A DNA stretch of 64,000 nt, taken from positions 128,001 through 192,000 of the forward strand of contig CAWHBU010000006.1 of NCBI GenBank assembly GCA_963827685.1. Reading direction: 5' to 3'. The position numbers and the translations under genes are program-made. Under the pieces are notes generated by a model. The model was not told where the DNA came from. It ran no database searches and was given only the letters and a program-made list of their open reading frames with translations. This DNA is from an uncultured delta proteobacterium. GTDB lineage: Bacteria > Desulfobacterota > BSN033 > UBA1163. This document shows, one piece after another, positions 30,097 through 42,176 of the stretch; the stretch's first letter is position 1, and the number at the start of each line of letters is the position of its first letter.

Positions 30097-33000
30097 TCAA
30101 TACTCTCGGATCATAGGTGTCGTTTTGTGCGCTCCCCTCTTACCTTTAAGCCAAAGCCTGAAGCGATCAAGGTAGAGATAAATCACCGGCGTGGTATAGA
30201 GAGTGAGCATCTGGCTGAAAATGAGGCCACCAACGATGGAGATGCCGAGCGGTCGGCGAAGTTCCGATCCCACGCCGCTGCCCAACGCCATAGGAAGCGC
30301 CCCCAAAAGCGCCGCCATCGTCGTCATCATGATCGGCCGGAATCGCAAGAGACTGGCCTGGTAGATCGCATCAACAGGGCTTTTTCCCTCCCTGCGCTCA
30401 GCCTCCAATGCAAAATCGACCATCATGATGCCGTTCTTCTTCACGATGCCGATCAAAAGAATGACGCCTATCAAGGCAATGACGCTAAGCTCCGTGTGAA
30501 AGACTAAAAGGGCGAGCACCGCTCCCACACCCGCCGAGGGCAGTGTGGACAGGATGGTGATCGGGTGGATGTAGCTCTCATAGAGGACCCCCAGCACGAT
30601 ATAAACTGTCACGAGGGCTGCCAGGATCAAAAGCGGTTCGCTGGCCAGCGATGCCTGGAAGGCTTGGGCCGTACCCGAGAAGCTTGACCGGATACTTGCG
30701 GGCAGCCCCATCTGCTGTGTGGCCGCCTGGATTGACTTTACACCGTCCCCGAGCGCGACCCCTGGAAGTAAATTGAAGAAAATCGTCACCGACGGAAACT
30801 GACCCTGGTGGTTCACTGCCAGTGACGTCCAGGTTCGTTCGAAACGAGCGAATGCGCTAAGCGGTACCATGGCCCCGGTAGGAGGAGAGTTCACATAAAT
30901 GTCCCGCAGCGTTTCAGGGCGTTGCCAAAACTTCGGTTCGACCTCCATCACCACGTGGTACTGATTTAAGAGCGTGTAAGTGATCGCCACCTGCCGCTGG
31001 CCGAAGGCGTCGTACAAGGTGTTATCAATGAGTTGCGGCGTGATGCCCAGCCTCGAGGCCGTGCTGCGGTCGATCACCACCGAGGTTTGGAGTCCCTTGT
31101 TCTGCTGATCGCTGCTCACATCGACGAGTTGAGGCATGGTGCGCATTCGTTGCAGCATACGTGGACCCCATGCGTTGAGCTCTATCAGGTTGTCTCCCTG
31201 AAGCGTGTATTGATATAATGCAGCGCCTATCCTACCTCCGATGCGCAAATCCTGCACTGACTGAAAATAGGTTGGGGCGCCTGGTACCTGGGCGAGCTTT
31301 TTGCGCACCCGGGCAATCACCTGCCCTGCGGTGGCTTTCCGCTGCTTAAAGGGTTTTAGTGTAATGAACATTCGTGCCATATTCGTGCCGGCGCCTCCAC
31401 CAGTGTAGGCCGCCACGTAGTCGACTTCAGGATCGCTCCTGATAATGTCCACTACTTCTGTTAACTTATTCTTCATGGCCTGAAACGATATATCCTGCTC
31501 CGCCTGAATGGTAGCGCTGAGGCGTCCGGTGTCTTGCTCCGGGAAGAAGCCTTTCGGAATGACGATGAAGAGGCCGATATTAACCCCGATGGTAACCAGT
31601 GTCAGGGCGAGCATAAAGCGGGAGTGGCCCAGCGCCCAGCGGAGAGTGAGATCGTAGCGATGACGCATCGCGTTGAAAATCCGCTCACTCGCTTTATACA
31701 GGGGCCCGTGTCCATCAGTTTTCTCAGGCTTAAGAATCGTGGCGCACATCATAGGGGTTGTCGTGAGCGATAAAATGAGCGAAATAGCCACTGCTACAGA
31801 GAGTGTCACAGCGAACTCGCGAAACAGGCGGCCTACCATCCCGCCCATCAACAGAATGGGAAGGAAAACTGCAACCAGAGAGGCGCTCATCGACAGAACG
31901 GTGAAGGCGATCTCCCGTGACCCCATTAAGGCCGCCTCTTTCGGGAGTACCCCTTTCTCCCTGTATCGCGTGATGTTCTCAAGAACGACAATAGCGTCGT
32001 CAACGACAAACCCTGTCGCAATGGTGAGCGCCATCAAGGATAAGTTATCCAGGCTGTAGCCAAAGACGTACAACACGCCGAAGGTACCAACGAGAGAGAC
32101 CGCAACCGCCACGCCGGGGATAACGGTGGAGCGGACATTTCTCAGAAAGCTGAAGACCACCAAAATCACGAGGCATGCCGAGATGACGAGCGTCAGCTCC
32201 ACGTCATGCAGGGAACCGCGAATCGGGGGCGTCCGGTCCTGAACAACCGAAAGTTTGACCCCCCCGGGCATGACCGCCTCAAGCTGCGGGAGCAAGCTGC
32301 GGACGCGGTCAACCGTATCAATGATATTCGCATCGGGCTGACGAAAGACGATCACCATCACGGTTGGCCTTCCGTTGACCAGTCCTGCAACGCGCAGATC
32401 CTCCACTGAATCCTCAACGTTGGCAACATCTGGCAGCCGCACCGGCGCCCCCGCCCTGTAAGCCACGATGAGGGGCCGGTACTGCTCGGCAACGTGAAGC
32501 TGGTCGTCGGTCTGCATCTCCCAGGTTCTCGTCTCATCCGCCAACTGTCCCTTCGGACGGTTTATATTGGTGCTGGTCAGAACACCGCGAACGTCCTCGA
32601 GGCTGATCCCGTATTTGTTCAATGCTGTGGGGTTCAGATCCACGCGGACCGCAGGGAGCGCGCCGCCACCCACGAATACCTGGCCGACGCCGTCCACCTG
32701 GGATAATTTTTGTTGAAGGATGGTCGAGGCCGCATCGTACATTTGCGCCGTGCTCACCGAGTCGGAAGTAAGTGCTAGGATGAGAATGGGTGCCTCCGCC
32801 GGGTTGACTTTGCGGTAGTTCGGTTGGCTCGGGAGAGTCGGCGGCAGGTACCCCCTTGCCGCATTGATTGCTGACTGGACATCCCGTGCAGCCCCGTTGA
32901 TGTTGCGGTCCAGATCAAACTGCAGAACGATACTCGTTGAGCCGCGGACACTGGTTGACGTCATTTCAGTCACACCTGCTATCAATCCAAACTGGCGTTC

Positions 33001-33201
33001 AAGGGGCGCCGCGACCGATGTTGCCATGGTCTCGGGGTCCGCTCCGGGGAGACTCGCCGACACCTGGATCGTCGGGTAGTCTACGCGAGGAAGAGGCGAC
33101 ACCGGTAGCAAACGAAAGGAAATCGCCCCTGCGAGCGCCAATGCTATCGTCAGAAGAGTCGTCGCAACAGGCCTGTTGATGAAGGTCGCTGAGATGTTCA
33201 T
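30097..33201 (-). CDS. mdtC: RND permease MdtC-like
   Basis: [24 protein letters not shown]; second permease of a tandem pair. Confidence 0.88.
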   Translation of the reverse strand: MNISATFINRPVATTLLTIALALAGAISFRLLPVSPLPRVDYPTIQVSASLPGADPETMATSVAAPLERQFGLIAGVTEMTSTSVRGSTSIVLQFDLDRNINGAARDVQSAINAARGYLPPTLPSQPNYRKVNPAEAPILILALTSDSVSTAQMYDAASTILQQKLSQVDGVGQVFVGGGALPAVRVDLNPTALNKYGISLEDVRGVLTSTNINRPKGQLADETRTWEMQTDDQLHVAEQYRPLIVAYRAGAPVRLPDVANVEDSVEDLRVAGLVNGRPTVMVIVFRQPDANIIDTVDRVRSLLPQLEAVMPGGVKLSVVQDRTPPIRGSLHDVELTLVISACLVILVVFSFLRNVRSTVIPGVAVAVSLVGTFGVLYVFGYSLDNLSLMALTIATGFVVDDAIVVLENITRYREKGVLPKEAALMGSREIAFTVLSMSASLVAVFLPILLMGGMVGRLFREFAVTLSVAVAISLILSLTTTPMMCATILKPEKTDGHGPLYKASERIFNAMRHRYDLTLRWALGHSRFMLALTLVTIGVNIGLFIVIPKGFFPEQDTGRLSATIQAEQDISFQAMKNKLTEVVDIIRSDPEVDYVAAYTGGGAGTNMARMFITLKPFKQRKATAGQVIARVRKKLAQVPGAPTYFQSVQDLRIGGRIGAALYQYTLQGDNLIELNAWGPRMLQRMRTMPQLVDVSSDQQNKGLQTSVVIDRSTASRLGITPQLIDNTLYDAFGQRQVAITYTLLNQYHVVMEVEPKFWQRPETLRDIYVNSPPTGAMVPLSAFARFERTWTSLAVNHQGQFPSVTIFFNLLPGVALGDGVKSIQAATQQMGLPASIRSSFSGTAQAFQASLASEPLLILAALVTVYIVLGVLYESYIHPITILSTLPSAGVGAVLALLVFHTELSVIALIGVILLIGIVKKNGIMMVDFALEAERREGKSPVDAIYQASLLRFRPIMMTTMAALLGALPMALGSGVGSELRRPLGISIVGGLIFSQMLTLYTTPVIYLYLDRFRLWLKGKRGAHKTTPMIREY

Positions 33202-36200
33202 GACAAGCTCGTGCGGTTCTCAGGGGCGTTCGTATTTCCAGAACGACCGCCCCGAATACGTCGCGCCAGCCGATCGAACGCAAGATAGATGACCGGCGTC
33301 GTATAGAGGGTGAGCATCTGGCTGATAATGAGGCCGCCAACGATAGAGATACCGAGGGGATGGCGAAGCTCAGAACCCACTCCTGTGCCCAGCGCTAATG
33401 GTAGTGCCCCAAGCAGCGCGGCCATCGTCGTCATCATGATAGGACGGAATCGCAAAAGACTGGCCTGGTAGATCGCGTCGACGGGGCTTTTGCCCTCCTT
33501 GCGTTCAGCGTCCAGTGCAAAATCGACTATCATGATGCCGTTTTTCTTCACGATGCCGATCAAAAGAATGATGCCGATCACGGCAATGACGGAGAGCTCT
33601 GTGCGAAAGAGCAAGAGGGCGAGCACCGCTCCTACACCGGCGGAAGGGAGTGTTGACAGGATTGTGATCGGATGGATGTAGCTCTCATAGAGGACCCCGA
33701 GTACAATGTAGACCGTCACGAGCGCTGCCAGGATCAAAAGCGGTTCGTTGGTCAGAGAGGCCTGGAAGGCCTGGGCCGTGCCCTGGAAGCTACCCTGGAT
33801 ACTTGCGGGTAGACCCATCTGCTGTGTGGCCGACTCCACGGCCTTTAATGCCTTTCCAAGGGATACCCCGGGGGCCAGGTTGAAGGAGACTGTCACTGCC
33901 GGAAACTGGCCTTGGCGGCTGATGAGGAGCGGTCCTGTTGTCTCTGAAACCTTGACAATCCCGGTCAGTGGCACCTGTCCACCGGCTGTACTCCGTAGAT
34001 AGATCGTCTGCAATGAACCGGGACCTTGTTGAAAGTCAGGCTTGACAGCCAGGACAACACGGTACTGGTTCAACTGCGTGAACATTGTGGAGACCTGGCG
34101 CTGACCAAAAGCGTCGTAAAGGATGTCATCAATAAGCTGAGGAGTGATGCCGAGCCGAGAGGCGGTACTTCGGTCCATGGCCACTGACACCCGCAGCCCT
34201 TTGTTCTGCTGGTCACTACTCACATCACCAAGCTCTGGCTGTTTACGTAGCGTCTCGACAAGTCTGGGAGCAAAGCTGTTCAGCTCATCGATATCTGGAT
34301 CCTCCAGCGCATAGTCGTACTGAGTCCGGCTAACGCGAGTGTCGACAGTGAGATCTTGCACCGGCTGCATGAAGAGCGTGATCCCTTCGACCTTTGCCAG
34401 TTCCCGCTGAAGTCGCAAGACGATCTCAGTGGCGCTCACCTTTCGTTCCTCCAGGGGTTTCAGGTTGATAAGGATGCGCCCGCTGTTGAGCGTGGTATTG
34501 GTTCCATCCACACCGATGAAAGAAGACAGACTCTCAACCGCTGGATCTTTTAGGATCACACGGGCGAGTGCCTGCTGCTGCTTCGCCATGCCCAGAAATG
34601 AGATCGATTGAGGCGCTTCCGAAATACCGAGAATGACGCCGGTATCCTGGATGGGAAAAAATCCTTTTGGCACGACAATGTATAACAATACCGTGAGCAC
34701 CAGGGTCGCTACCAGCCACCAGGAGTGTCGGCTTCTGATGTCTCAGCACCCATTGGAGTGTCTTCCCGTAGGACTGGATGACCCTGTCGAAGACCCGCTG
34801 GGAGGCACGAAAGAACCTTCCCTGCCGCTCCTCAGGGGTGTGCTTCAGGATCCTTGCACACATCATCGGCGTCAGTGTCAGCGATACGACTGCTGAGATG
34901 AGGATCGTCACACCGAGAGTGACAGCGAACTCTCGGAACAGCCGCCCCACGACCTCGCGCATAAAGAGGAGAGGAATGAGCACGGCGATCAGCGAAACGG
35001 TCAGGGATAGGATGGTAAAACCTATCTGTTTGGAGCCCTTCAGGGCCGCCTCAAGCGGTGAATCTCCCTGCTCAACGTATCTGGCGATATTCTCAATCAT
35101 GACGATGGCATCGTCCACGACGAAGCCTGTTGAGATGGTAAGGGCCATCAGCGAAAGGTTGTTGAGGCTGAACCCTAACAAGTACATCACGCCGAAAGTG
35201 CCCACAAGCGATAAAGGGACGGCCACGCTGGGGATGACCGTTGCAGCCATGCTGCGAAGAAACAGAAACATGACCAGCACGACCAAAACAACAGCCAACA
35301 TCAGCTCGAACTGAACGTCTCTGACGGAGGCGCGGATGGTTGTGGTGCGGTCGGTCAACACCGAAACTTTCACGGAGGGAGGCAAAGAGCTTTGGAGTTG
35401 TGGTAAAAGCCTCTTGATCCTATCCACGACCGCGATCACGTTTGCGCCTGGTTGTCGTTGGATGTTGACAATCACCGCAGGAGTATTGTTCATCCAGGCT
35501 GCCTGTTTCACGTTCTCGACATCGTCGATCGCCTCGGCGACATCAGACAGTCGCACCGGCGCACCGTTACGATAGGCGACGACCAGTGGCCGATACTCGC
35601 TGCTCGAAAAGAGCTGATCGTTGGCACCAATGTTGTAGGACTGTCGCGGGCCGTCGAAGTTACCCTTGGCTTGATTGACATTGGCAGCTGAGATGACACC
35701 TCTCAGGTCTTCGAGGGTCAACCCGTAAGCAGCCAATGCGGCCGGATTGGCGTGAATCCTAACTGCCGGTCTTTGACCGCCGCTGATGCTGACGAGTCCC
35801 ACGCCCGGAAGCTGCGAGATCTTTTGCCCAAACCGCGTGTCCGCCAGATCTTCCACTTGGAAAAGTGGTAGCGTGTCCGAAGTCAACGCCAGGGTCAGGA
35901 TCGGCGCGTCTGCCGGGTTTACTTTGCTGTAAACGGGTGGAGTTGGAAGATCTGTCGGCAGAAACGTGAAGGCGGCATTGATGGCCGCCTGCACCTGCTG
36001 TTCGGCGACGTCCAAGCTAAGGTCTAAACTGAATTGGAGCGTAATGATCGAGCTGCCGCTGGAGCTTGTCGAAGTCATCTGAGTCAGACCCGGCATCTGA
36101 CCGAACTGGCGCTCCAGCGGAGCCGTCACGGAGGAAGCCATGACTTCGGGACTGGCACCCGGGAAAAAAGTGCGCACCTGGATGACCGGATAGTCCACCG

Positions 36201-36315
36201 TGGGCAAGGCAGATACCGCTAACTGGTTGTATGCTACAAAGCCAGCCAGAATGATAGCAACCATCAGCAGGGTCGTTGCAACCGGCCGCAAGATGAAGGT
36301 ACGAGAAATATTCAT
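33198..36315 (-). pseudogene. mdtB: RND permease MdtB-like, 1-nt frameshift near 34714
   Basis: ORFs 34534-36315 and 33198-34700 join as [13 protein letters not shown] if one base is removed. Confidence 0.85.
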
Positions 36316-37547
36316 CAGTAGCCCTTTTGCTGGGTATCGGCGTTCTGCGTCGTGCCGCCGCTTTGAGCTTTTAACTCCACCCTGGTACCTTCCCTCAGCC
36401 TCTCTGCACCATCGACCACAACGAACTCGCCAGGTGACAGGCCTGTCTTGATGGACACTTCGCCTCCCTGGATTTCAGCAACAGTGATCGGTCGAACCGT
36501 GGCTGTCCGGTCAGCCTTCACCACATAGACGAATGTGCCCTGGGGACCTCGTTGAATGGCGGGTGCCGGGACGACCGTAGCGTCACGCCTGACGTCCACG
36601 AGCAGGCGCGCATTGACAAACTGGTTGGGGAACAGCTCCTTCTTTTCGTTTGAAAAGATCGCCTTGAGGCGCACCGTCCCTGTGGCTGGATCGATCTGAT
36701 TGTCGACGGTCAAAAGGGACCCTACAGCAAGTTTTTGCTTCATCTCGCGATCATACGCCTCGACGGGCAAACGCTCCCCTGTTTTAAGTCTGGCGAGGAC
36801 CTGCGGCAGGCTATCCTCGGGAATAGGAAAGATGACCGTAATGGGCTGAAGCTGCGTGATCACCACAAGCCCGTTGACATCGCTAGCATGAACAATGTTA
36901 CCAGGGTCGACGAGACGCAAGCCGACCCGCCCGCTGATCGGTGCGGTGATCTGGCAGTAAACGAGCTGCAGCTTGGCGCTATCGATCTGGCCCTGATCGG
37001 TCTTGATCGCACCTTCAAGCTGGCGGACCAGAGCCTCCTGGGTGTCCAGCTGCTGCTTTGAAACTGAATCCTGGGCCCATAGCACACGGAACCGCTCCAG
37101 GTCGAGCTGAGCATTCTTGAGCTGCGCCACATCTCGGGCCATCTGCCCCTCGGCTTGGGTCAATTGCACTTCGAAGGGCCGAGGATCGATTTTGGCGAGC
37201 TGTTCTCCGAGGCTCACGATCTGACCCTCCCGGAATAAGACCTCCATCAGCTGTCCGTCAACACGAGTCCTCACAGTGACCGTATAGACTGGAGTGACCG
37301 AGCCGAGTCCGGTGATATACACATTAAAGCCGGTCTTCTTGGCTTCCACTGCCACAACCGGGATGCCGGGGGTGGAAGGAACCTGCCCTTGCTTGGTGGC
37401 GCGCGATTGGCCCTTGATGAAGAAGACGTACGCCCCGATGGCTATCAGACAGATTACCAGCAACACAATCCACCAGTGCCTGAGCCACCAACCACCGCGA
37501 GTCCCCTTCGACATATCGTTCTTCTTGACTTCTGGCGTGAACGTCAT
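36315..37547 (-). CDS. mdtA: Efflux membrane-fusion protein MdtA-like
   Basis: [38 protein letters not shown]. Confidence 0.9.
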   Translation of the reverse strand: MTFTPEVKKNDMSKGTRGGWWLRHWWIVLLVICLIAIGAYVFFIKGQSRATKQGQVPSTPGIPVVAVEAKKTGFNVYITGLGSVTPVYTVTVRTRVDGQLMEVLFREGQIVSLGEQLAKIDPRPFEVQLTQAEGQMARDVAQLKNAQLDLERFRVLWAQDSVSKQQLDTQEALVRQLEGAIKTDQGQIDSAKLQLVYCQITAPISGRVGLRLVDPGNIVHASDVNGLVVITQLQPITVIFPIPEDSLPQVLARLKTGERLPVEAYDREMKQKLAVGSLLTVDNQIDPATGTVRLKAIFSNEKKELFPNQFVNARLLVDVRRDATVVPAPAIQRGPQGTFVYVVKADRTATVRPITVAEIQGGEVSIKTGLSPGEFVVVDGAERLREGTRVELKAQSGGTTQNADTQQKGY

Positions 37548-37966
37548 AGTTATGGCCTCACAAAGAATGATTCTGATTCCATTTGGTGATCATGCATATC
37601 ATATATGTGCTTCGTCCCCGTCACAAGCAGAACAATTCGCCACAAATTTACTGATCTCGCATTTATCATGCCTTAGATTAGTAAATCTGAGCAAAAAATC
37701 TATAGAGCGAAGTAAGTATTTTTCACTTAAATAGATATTACTTAACAAGGTTCTCCTCACCTTGTCAATCGACAACTCCTTCACGATCACGCCGAAAATC
37801 ACAGAGTAAAGGAACTGAAATTTCTTTCTAAGACTGGGGGCTATATTGATCTCATGCGTGAAATGATACTGGATCCAGGATGAGGCGTCTACCAATGAAC
37901 TCTAAACAATGACGGAATCAATCAGGAAGACGTAATGCCAACTTGGATTGCCGATTGCATACGGAA

Positions 37967-40372
37967 CTATTTCCATCCATTCGTAACAATCCCTTTTGCC
38001 TCTCTGTAAGGGTATTTTCTTACGAGTTCTGCAACAGGCATTTCCTGATCTCCTTCACGCATGAAGTGAATGAGAACGACGGATGCCCAATAATCATTAT
38101 AGTAATCCGTCCCACTTAGCTGAACTGGAATCCCCTTCTTATTGACGGTATGACACGCTGCGCACGTCACTGGTCCAGGATATTTCCCGTCCGGGCTGAA
38201 CTGTAATGCCTGCTCATGCGATGTCTGATCTACTGTTTCCCTTGTCCCTTCATATCGGACCGGATATAAGCCATGCATAGATTGATGGCATGACTGGCAC
38301 GCAACAAGCCCGTGTGCTTTCGAGTATCGATAGAGTGAGTACTTGCTCGGCTGATCGATAGGGAAGTATCTTCCTCCTTCGCTTTCTACAAATGGGGCCG
38401 CATGGCAGTCGGCGCAATGGGGCACGCCTGGCGAGAACCACCAGTCTTTGCCTGCCGATGCGGATGCATACGTAACGGCTTTCCCCTGTCTTGCGTTCCA
38501 TGGAAGGGGGACTGCTTTCCCATTTTTATCTTTTATGATCCGTGAGAGTGTTACTTCCTCATGCTTTGCGTAATACATATATAAGGGGTTTCCCGAGGCG
38601 TCCACAATAGGGTCAGTAAAAAAGATCCTGAATTTTCCGCTATCTCCACCGGCCAACACCTTGATGATCTCTCCGATAGGTTTATTCCTCAAGGTTTTCC
38701 CTTGCTGTGAAGCAGCATCCTTGAGATCGTCATATCCGTAGAGTGCATGGGTCAGATGGTTGTGACAGTTTGTGCAGTAGAGCCCCCTCAATTGTTTCAC
38801 TGGTTTTCGGTTTTCATCTTTCAGGCTCACTTCGTTAAGGTACCATCTCCCTACTTCGTTGAGGAAAAACGGTGGCTTCACATCAGGATTTGTATGCGCG
38901 TCCCTCCGCAGATAACAACCTCCTCCGGAAGTCCTGAGGTCAGAATCGGAGAACCGAGGATTGCCCTGCTCATCTGTTATCTGGTATGGATTTGTTTTGA
39001 GGTCGTTCATCTTTTCATTCTGCCAGTGAGTAGGATGACATGCCTGGCAACTCTGCGTCCTCCCGGCCTTGTCAGGCATGGGGATAAATCTCGTATGTAC
39101 GGAATGGACCGCTTCTGTAAGCGGTTTCCCCTTCATGGCCACATACCCGGTTGCACCAGGTCTCGGAGACTGCAAATTCCCAGACATATTATCACCATGA
39201 CAATCGGCACAGTATACCGATCCAGCGCCTCCAAGTCTGTTCGATGCTGCATTAGGGTCATAGAACTTTAAGAAGCTTGTCTTGTGGTTTTTGTCATGGA
39301 GCTCAAGGATATTAATCGTTGTTGTGGCAAGTCTCGCAATATATTCGCTTGTGTCAGGATATTTCGTTTTCCAGTAGGTATATTCTTCATCAAAGAGAGA
39401 CAGCCCGCTTTGTCTCGAAAATCTCGCAGCTATCCCCTGTCCGGAATGACAGTAGGAGCAGTTCGAAATATCCACCGGTTCCGTTCCGAAGAATTCTACG
39501 GTCTTCCCATCCATCGTCAACGGTGTTCCCTTTGTATCCCGTAACTGAACCATTGCATACTGATAGGGCTGGAAATCACGATCCGTTATCGTCCGTATGG
39601 TCCCCATTCTCTTGCTGTCATTGAATGCCGTCAAAGGCAACCCCAGCGCATCCCAGAGGTACGATGAGGTGAGCTTGAGAGGAATATCCTTGATTTCCGG
39701 TATCATTGAATCCGTGAAAACGATATTACCTCCTTTTTCTTTGGTGTAGTCCATGTAACCGCCAGCGAGAGGTTTCCCCGATGGGCCTGAATCAATGTTC
39801 ACAGGGATCTCCTTGCCTATGTGGAGCCTTTTTGCTTTATCGGGATTCTCAGGTATTGTGCCTTCCAGATCCCTATAGATGAACAGGTGGTCCCATACAT
39901 AATTTGCCATGTTGTCGTTGGGATTATTCATCGCTCCCTTTCCGCTTACATCTTTCAGCACCTGCCAGTATTTCATCTTGTTTCCTTCACTGTAGCTGTT
40001 GTCTTTTACTGTATAGTGGAGTTTCACTTTCTCATCCGGGGATAACAGGCGGGGTTTTTCGCCACGAGTACCTGATCGGACAGCCTGGGCCTGAATGCTG
40101 TTATAAGGAGGGATAATACAGCAATAAGATATATCGAACCCGACACAGTGCATGCCCAGTTCATAGTTGATGAAAATATTGTAAGGGTTTTTCGGATGAT
40201 AAACAGCCGTCTCTCTTCCCGGGGCATCTGTTTTCATCTTTACAGATTTAAGTAGATCCAGCTTGAATGGCGGGTTACCATCGTAAGCCTTCTCATCCGT
40301 CACTGCTTTTGTTATGAAGATTACGAGCAGTATTGCCGCAAAGAAAAAAAATAGACCCGTGAACCTTTTCAT
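37967..40372 (-). CDS. Large exported multiheme cytochrome c (7 CxxCH)
   Basis: Signal or anchor peptide; CSYCH, CADCH, CQACH, CTNCH, CADCH, CQSCH, CAACH; N-terminal ELGMHC...IPPYN. Confidence 0.88.
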   Translation of the reverse strand: MKRFTGLFFFFAAILLVIFITKAVTDEKAYDGNPPFKLDLLKSVKMKTDAPGRETAVYHPKNPYNIFINYELGMHCVGFDISYCCIIPPYNSIQAQAVRSGTRGEKPRLLSPDEKVKLHYTVKDNSYSEGNKMKYWQVLKDVSGKGAMNNPNDNMANYVWDHLFIYRDLEGTIPENPDKAKRLHIGKEIPVNIDSGPSGKPLAGGYMDYTKEKGGNIVFTDSMIPEIKDIPLKLTSSYLWDALGLPLTAFNDSKRMGTIRTITDRDFQPYQYAMVQLRDTKGTPLTMDGKTVEFFGTEPVDISNCSYCHSGQGIAARFSRQSGLSLFDEEYTYWKTKYPDTSEYIARLATTTINILELHDKNHKTSFLKFYDPNAASNRLGGAGSVYCADCHGDNMSGNLQSPRPGATGYVAMKGKPLTEAVHSVHTRFIPMPDKAGRTQSCQACHPTHWQNEKMNDLKTNPYQITDEQGNPRFSDSDLRTSGGGCYLRRDAHTNPDVKPPFFLNEVGRWYLNEVSLKDENRKPVKQLRGLYCTNCHNHLTHALYGYDDLKDAASQQGKTLRNKPIGEIIKVLAGGDSGKFRIFFTDPIVDASGNPLYMYYAKHEEVTLSRIIKDKNGKAVPLPWNARQGKAVTYASASAGKDWWFSPGVPHCADCHAAPFVESEGGRYFPIDQPSKYSLYRYSKAHGLVACQSCHQSMHGLYPVRYEGTRETVDQTSHEQALQFSPDGKYPGPVTCAACHTVNKKGIPVQLSGTDYYNDYWASVVLIHFMREGDQEMPVAELVRKYPYREAKGIVTNGWK

Positions 40373-40545
40373 ACAATCGCATTTCCTCCCGCCAATAGCG
40401 AAAAATCGACCCGGACTTCTCAAGCCTTAACGCTACTCAAGTTCGCCTGAGGAGTAAATAAGGTGAATACCGTATTTTATGAAGAAATGGAACCTATTTT
40501 GAGACCGACGTCTCAAAAAGACTGAATTGGTCTAGCCCAAAACAA

Positions 40546-40574
40546 AAAAGCCCTGATCAATAACCAGGGCTTTT
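40546..40574 (-). terminator. Terminator downstream of the tmRNA-like 3' end
   Basis: AAAAGCCCTG / CAGGGCTTTT stem with T runs on both strands. Confidence 0.8.
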
Positions 40575-40585
40575 GCAAGCCAAAT

Positions 40586-40613
40586 TGGTGGAGGCGGCGG
40601 GAATCGAACCCGC
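40586..40613 (-). mobile_element. att site: 3' end of tmRNA (ssrA)-like gene, left boundary of the right integrated element
   Basis: Minus strand GCGGGTTCGATTCCCGCCGCCTCCACCA (T arm + CTCCACCA end); rest of the RNA absent; adjacent to the integrase; GGAGAACG direct repeats at 40669 and 40680. Confidence 0.8.
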
Positions 40614-40706
40614 AACCGCTTTTACAATTATAGGTAAATACAAGGATTTCTTCAATGCGCAAATTGCCGGAGAACGTGTGGAGAACGCCTTTCTATTGTT
40701 TACCCT

Positions 40707-41851
40707 TCATGTCTTCTTCTCCGGAAAAACAGCCCTGAGGGTATCCACACCGACCCTGGCGTAGCGTTTCGTCATGGTCCTCCTTGTGTGTGCCCGAGGA
40801 ATTCCTGAACGACATCCATCCCCACCCGGTTCACAGCTTCCGTTGCCGATGAATGACGTGTCCCCTGGTACAGAGAGATGTCGATTCCCATCTCAGCCGT
40901 GATTCTATTCCATAGTTTCCGCGCATAGGATTCAGAGTATGGATGCCCGTCTTTTTGAAACACGAATGGCGATCTTATGTGGCGCGGCAGTTTCAGAAGA
41001 GTGTCCCTGACTTCGATATTCAATGGGAGGATTTTGATCCGTTTCGACTTCGTTGTTTCTCGCAGCTCGTTAAGGGAAAAGTGCCTTCGAATGGTGACGC
41101 GATCGTGTTTGAAATCAAGATCTTCCCAGAATAGAGCTCTTGTCTCGGAAGGCCTGACCATTTGGCGAGCTGTAAAAAGTACATAGGCGCGATCCATCGG
41201 ATCTTGAATCAACGATATGATCTGATGTTGCTGATCCAGGTCAATCGTCCTGAAATCGGCCTCTGGAATCTCGAACTCGGGGAACTTGGGCATCGTCGAA
41301 ATATCACCATAGTCCAGGGCATCGGTCATCATCTTGTGAAGTGCCGAGAGGACATTTGATGTGTATTTGGGGGATCCCTGGAGAGATAAATAGAACTCCT
41401 TCACCCTGCGTGTGCCGATGTCACGGATGTCCATTGACCCGAAATGCTCCTGAAAGATTCTCACGAATCGCCGCAGCTCCTTCAGGTAGGATGGAGAAAG
41501 AACTCTCTTCTCGACCTCGGTCTCTCGATCCTTCAGCCACTTCTTCGCGTAGTTTGTGACCTGGAGGGGTCTCAACTTCATGGGCACGTAGCGTGACGGA
41601 TCGAAGGATCCCGCGTCGATCTCGGCCCTGATCTTGGTCAGAATGCGGTTCACTTGCTCATAGGACGAAAACGGAGTCCCGCGGCTATCGCTATAGAGCT
41701 TCATGTGCTTTCCAAGTTCTTTACTATAGAGAACCAAGTAAAATCGCCGCGGGCGAGTCTGATGAATGGGACATAGAAGATCATTCTCAGTTCTGACAAA
41801 TTTTCCCCCGCAGACAGGACATCTCTCTTTAGTATAGATTCCACCCTTCAT
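40707..41851 (-). CDS. Tyrosine integrase; frameshift at a (CA)4 run removes the catalytic Tyr
   Basis: VRPSE (R), TKSK (K), YQGTRHS, LGHT; alternative frame continues RRTMTKRYARVGVDTLR to stop at 40707. Confidence 0.88.
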
Positions 41852-42053
41852 ACAAAGATCTCCCCTTCCTTTTTGAAGAGGTTTTATTTTATCGCTAAAT
41901 TGGGCGGAAAGCAACTGAATCATAATCTGTTATGCCAACCCTCAATTAGTTTGATTTCTGAAATCTTAATTCTGGGCTTCCTTCAATAGGCCCTGGTCAT
42001 TAATTTCTTCCGAGAACACGATCCTGTAATCGGGGAATGCCCCTTTTAACCAG

Positions 42054-42075
42054 AATTACTGATCATACCCGGTCA
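42054..42075 (-). promoter_or_regulatory. Conserved motif TGACC-N9-CAGTAATT, copy 1 (toward integrase)
   Basis: Minus strand TGACCGGGTATGATCAGTAATT, 21/22 identical to copy 3. Confidence 0.7.
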
Positions 42076-42176
42076 GTCATTTCTTATTGAGATTTGCTTC
42101 CCAGGCTTAAGAGTATTGAGATATCAGGGTTGATTTGTGAGAAAAGTCGGATTATTCTGATGATAGGACGGATCTT

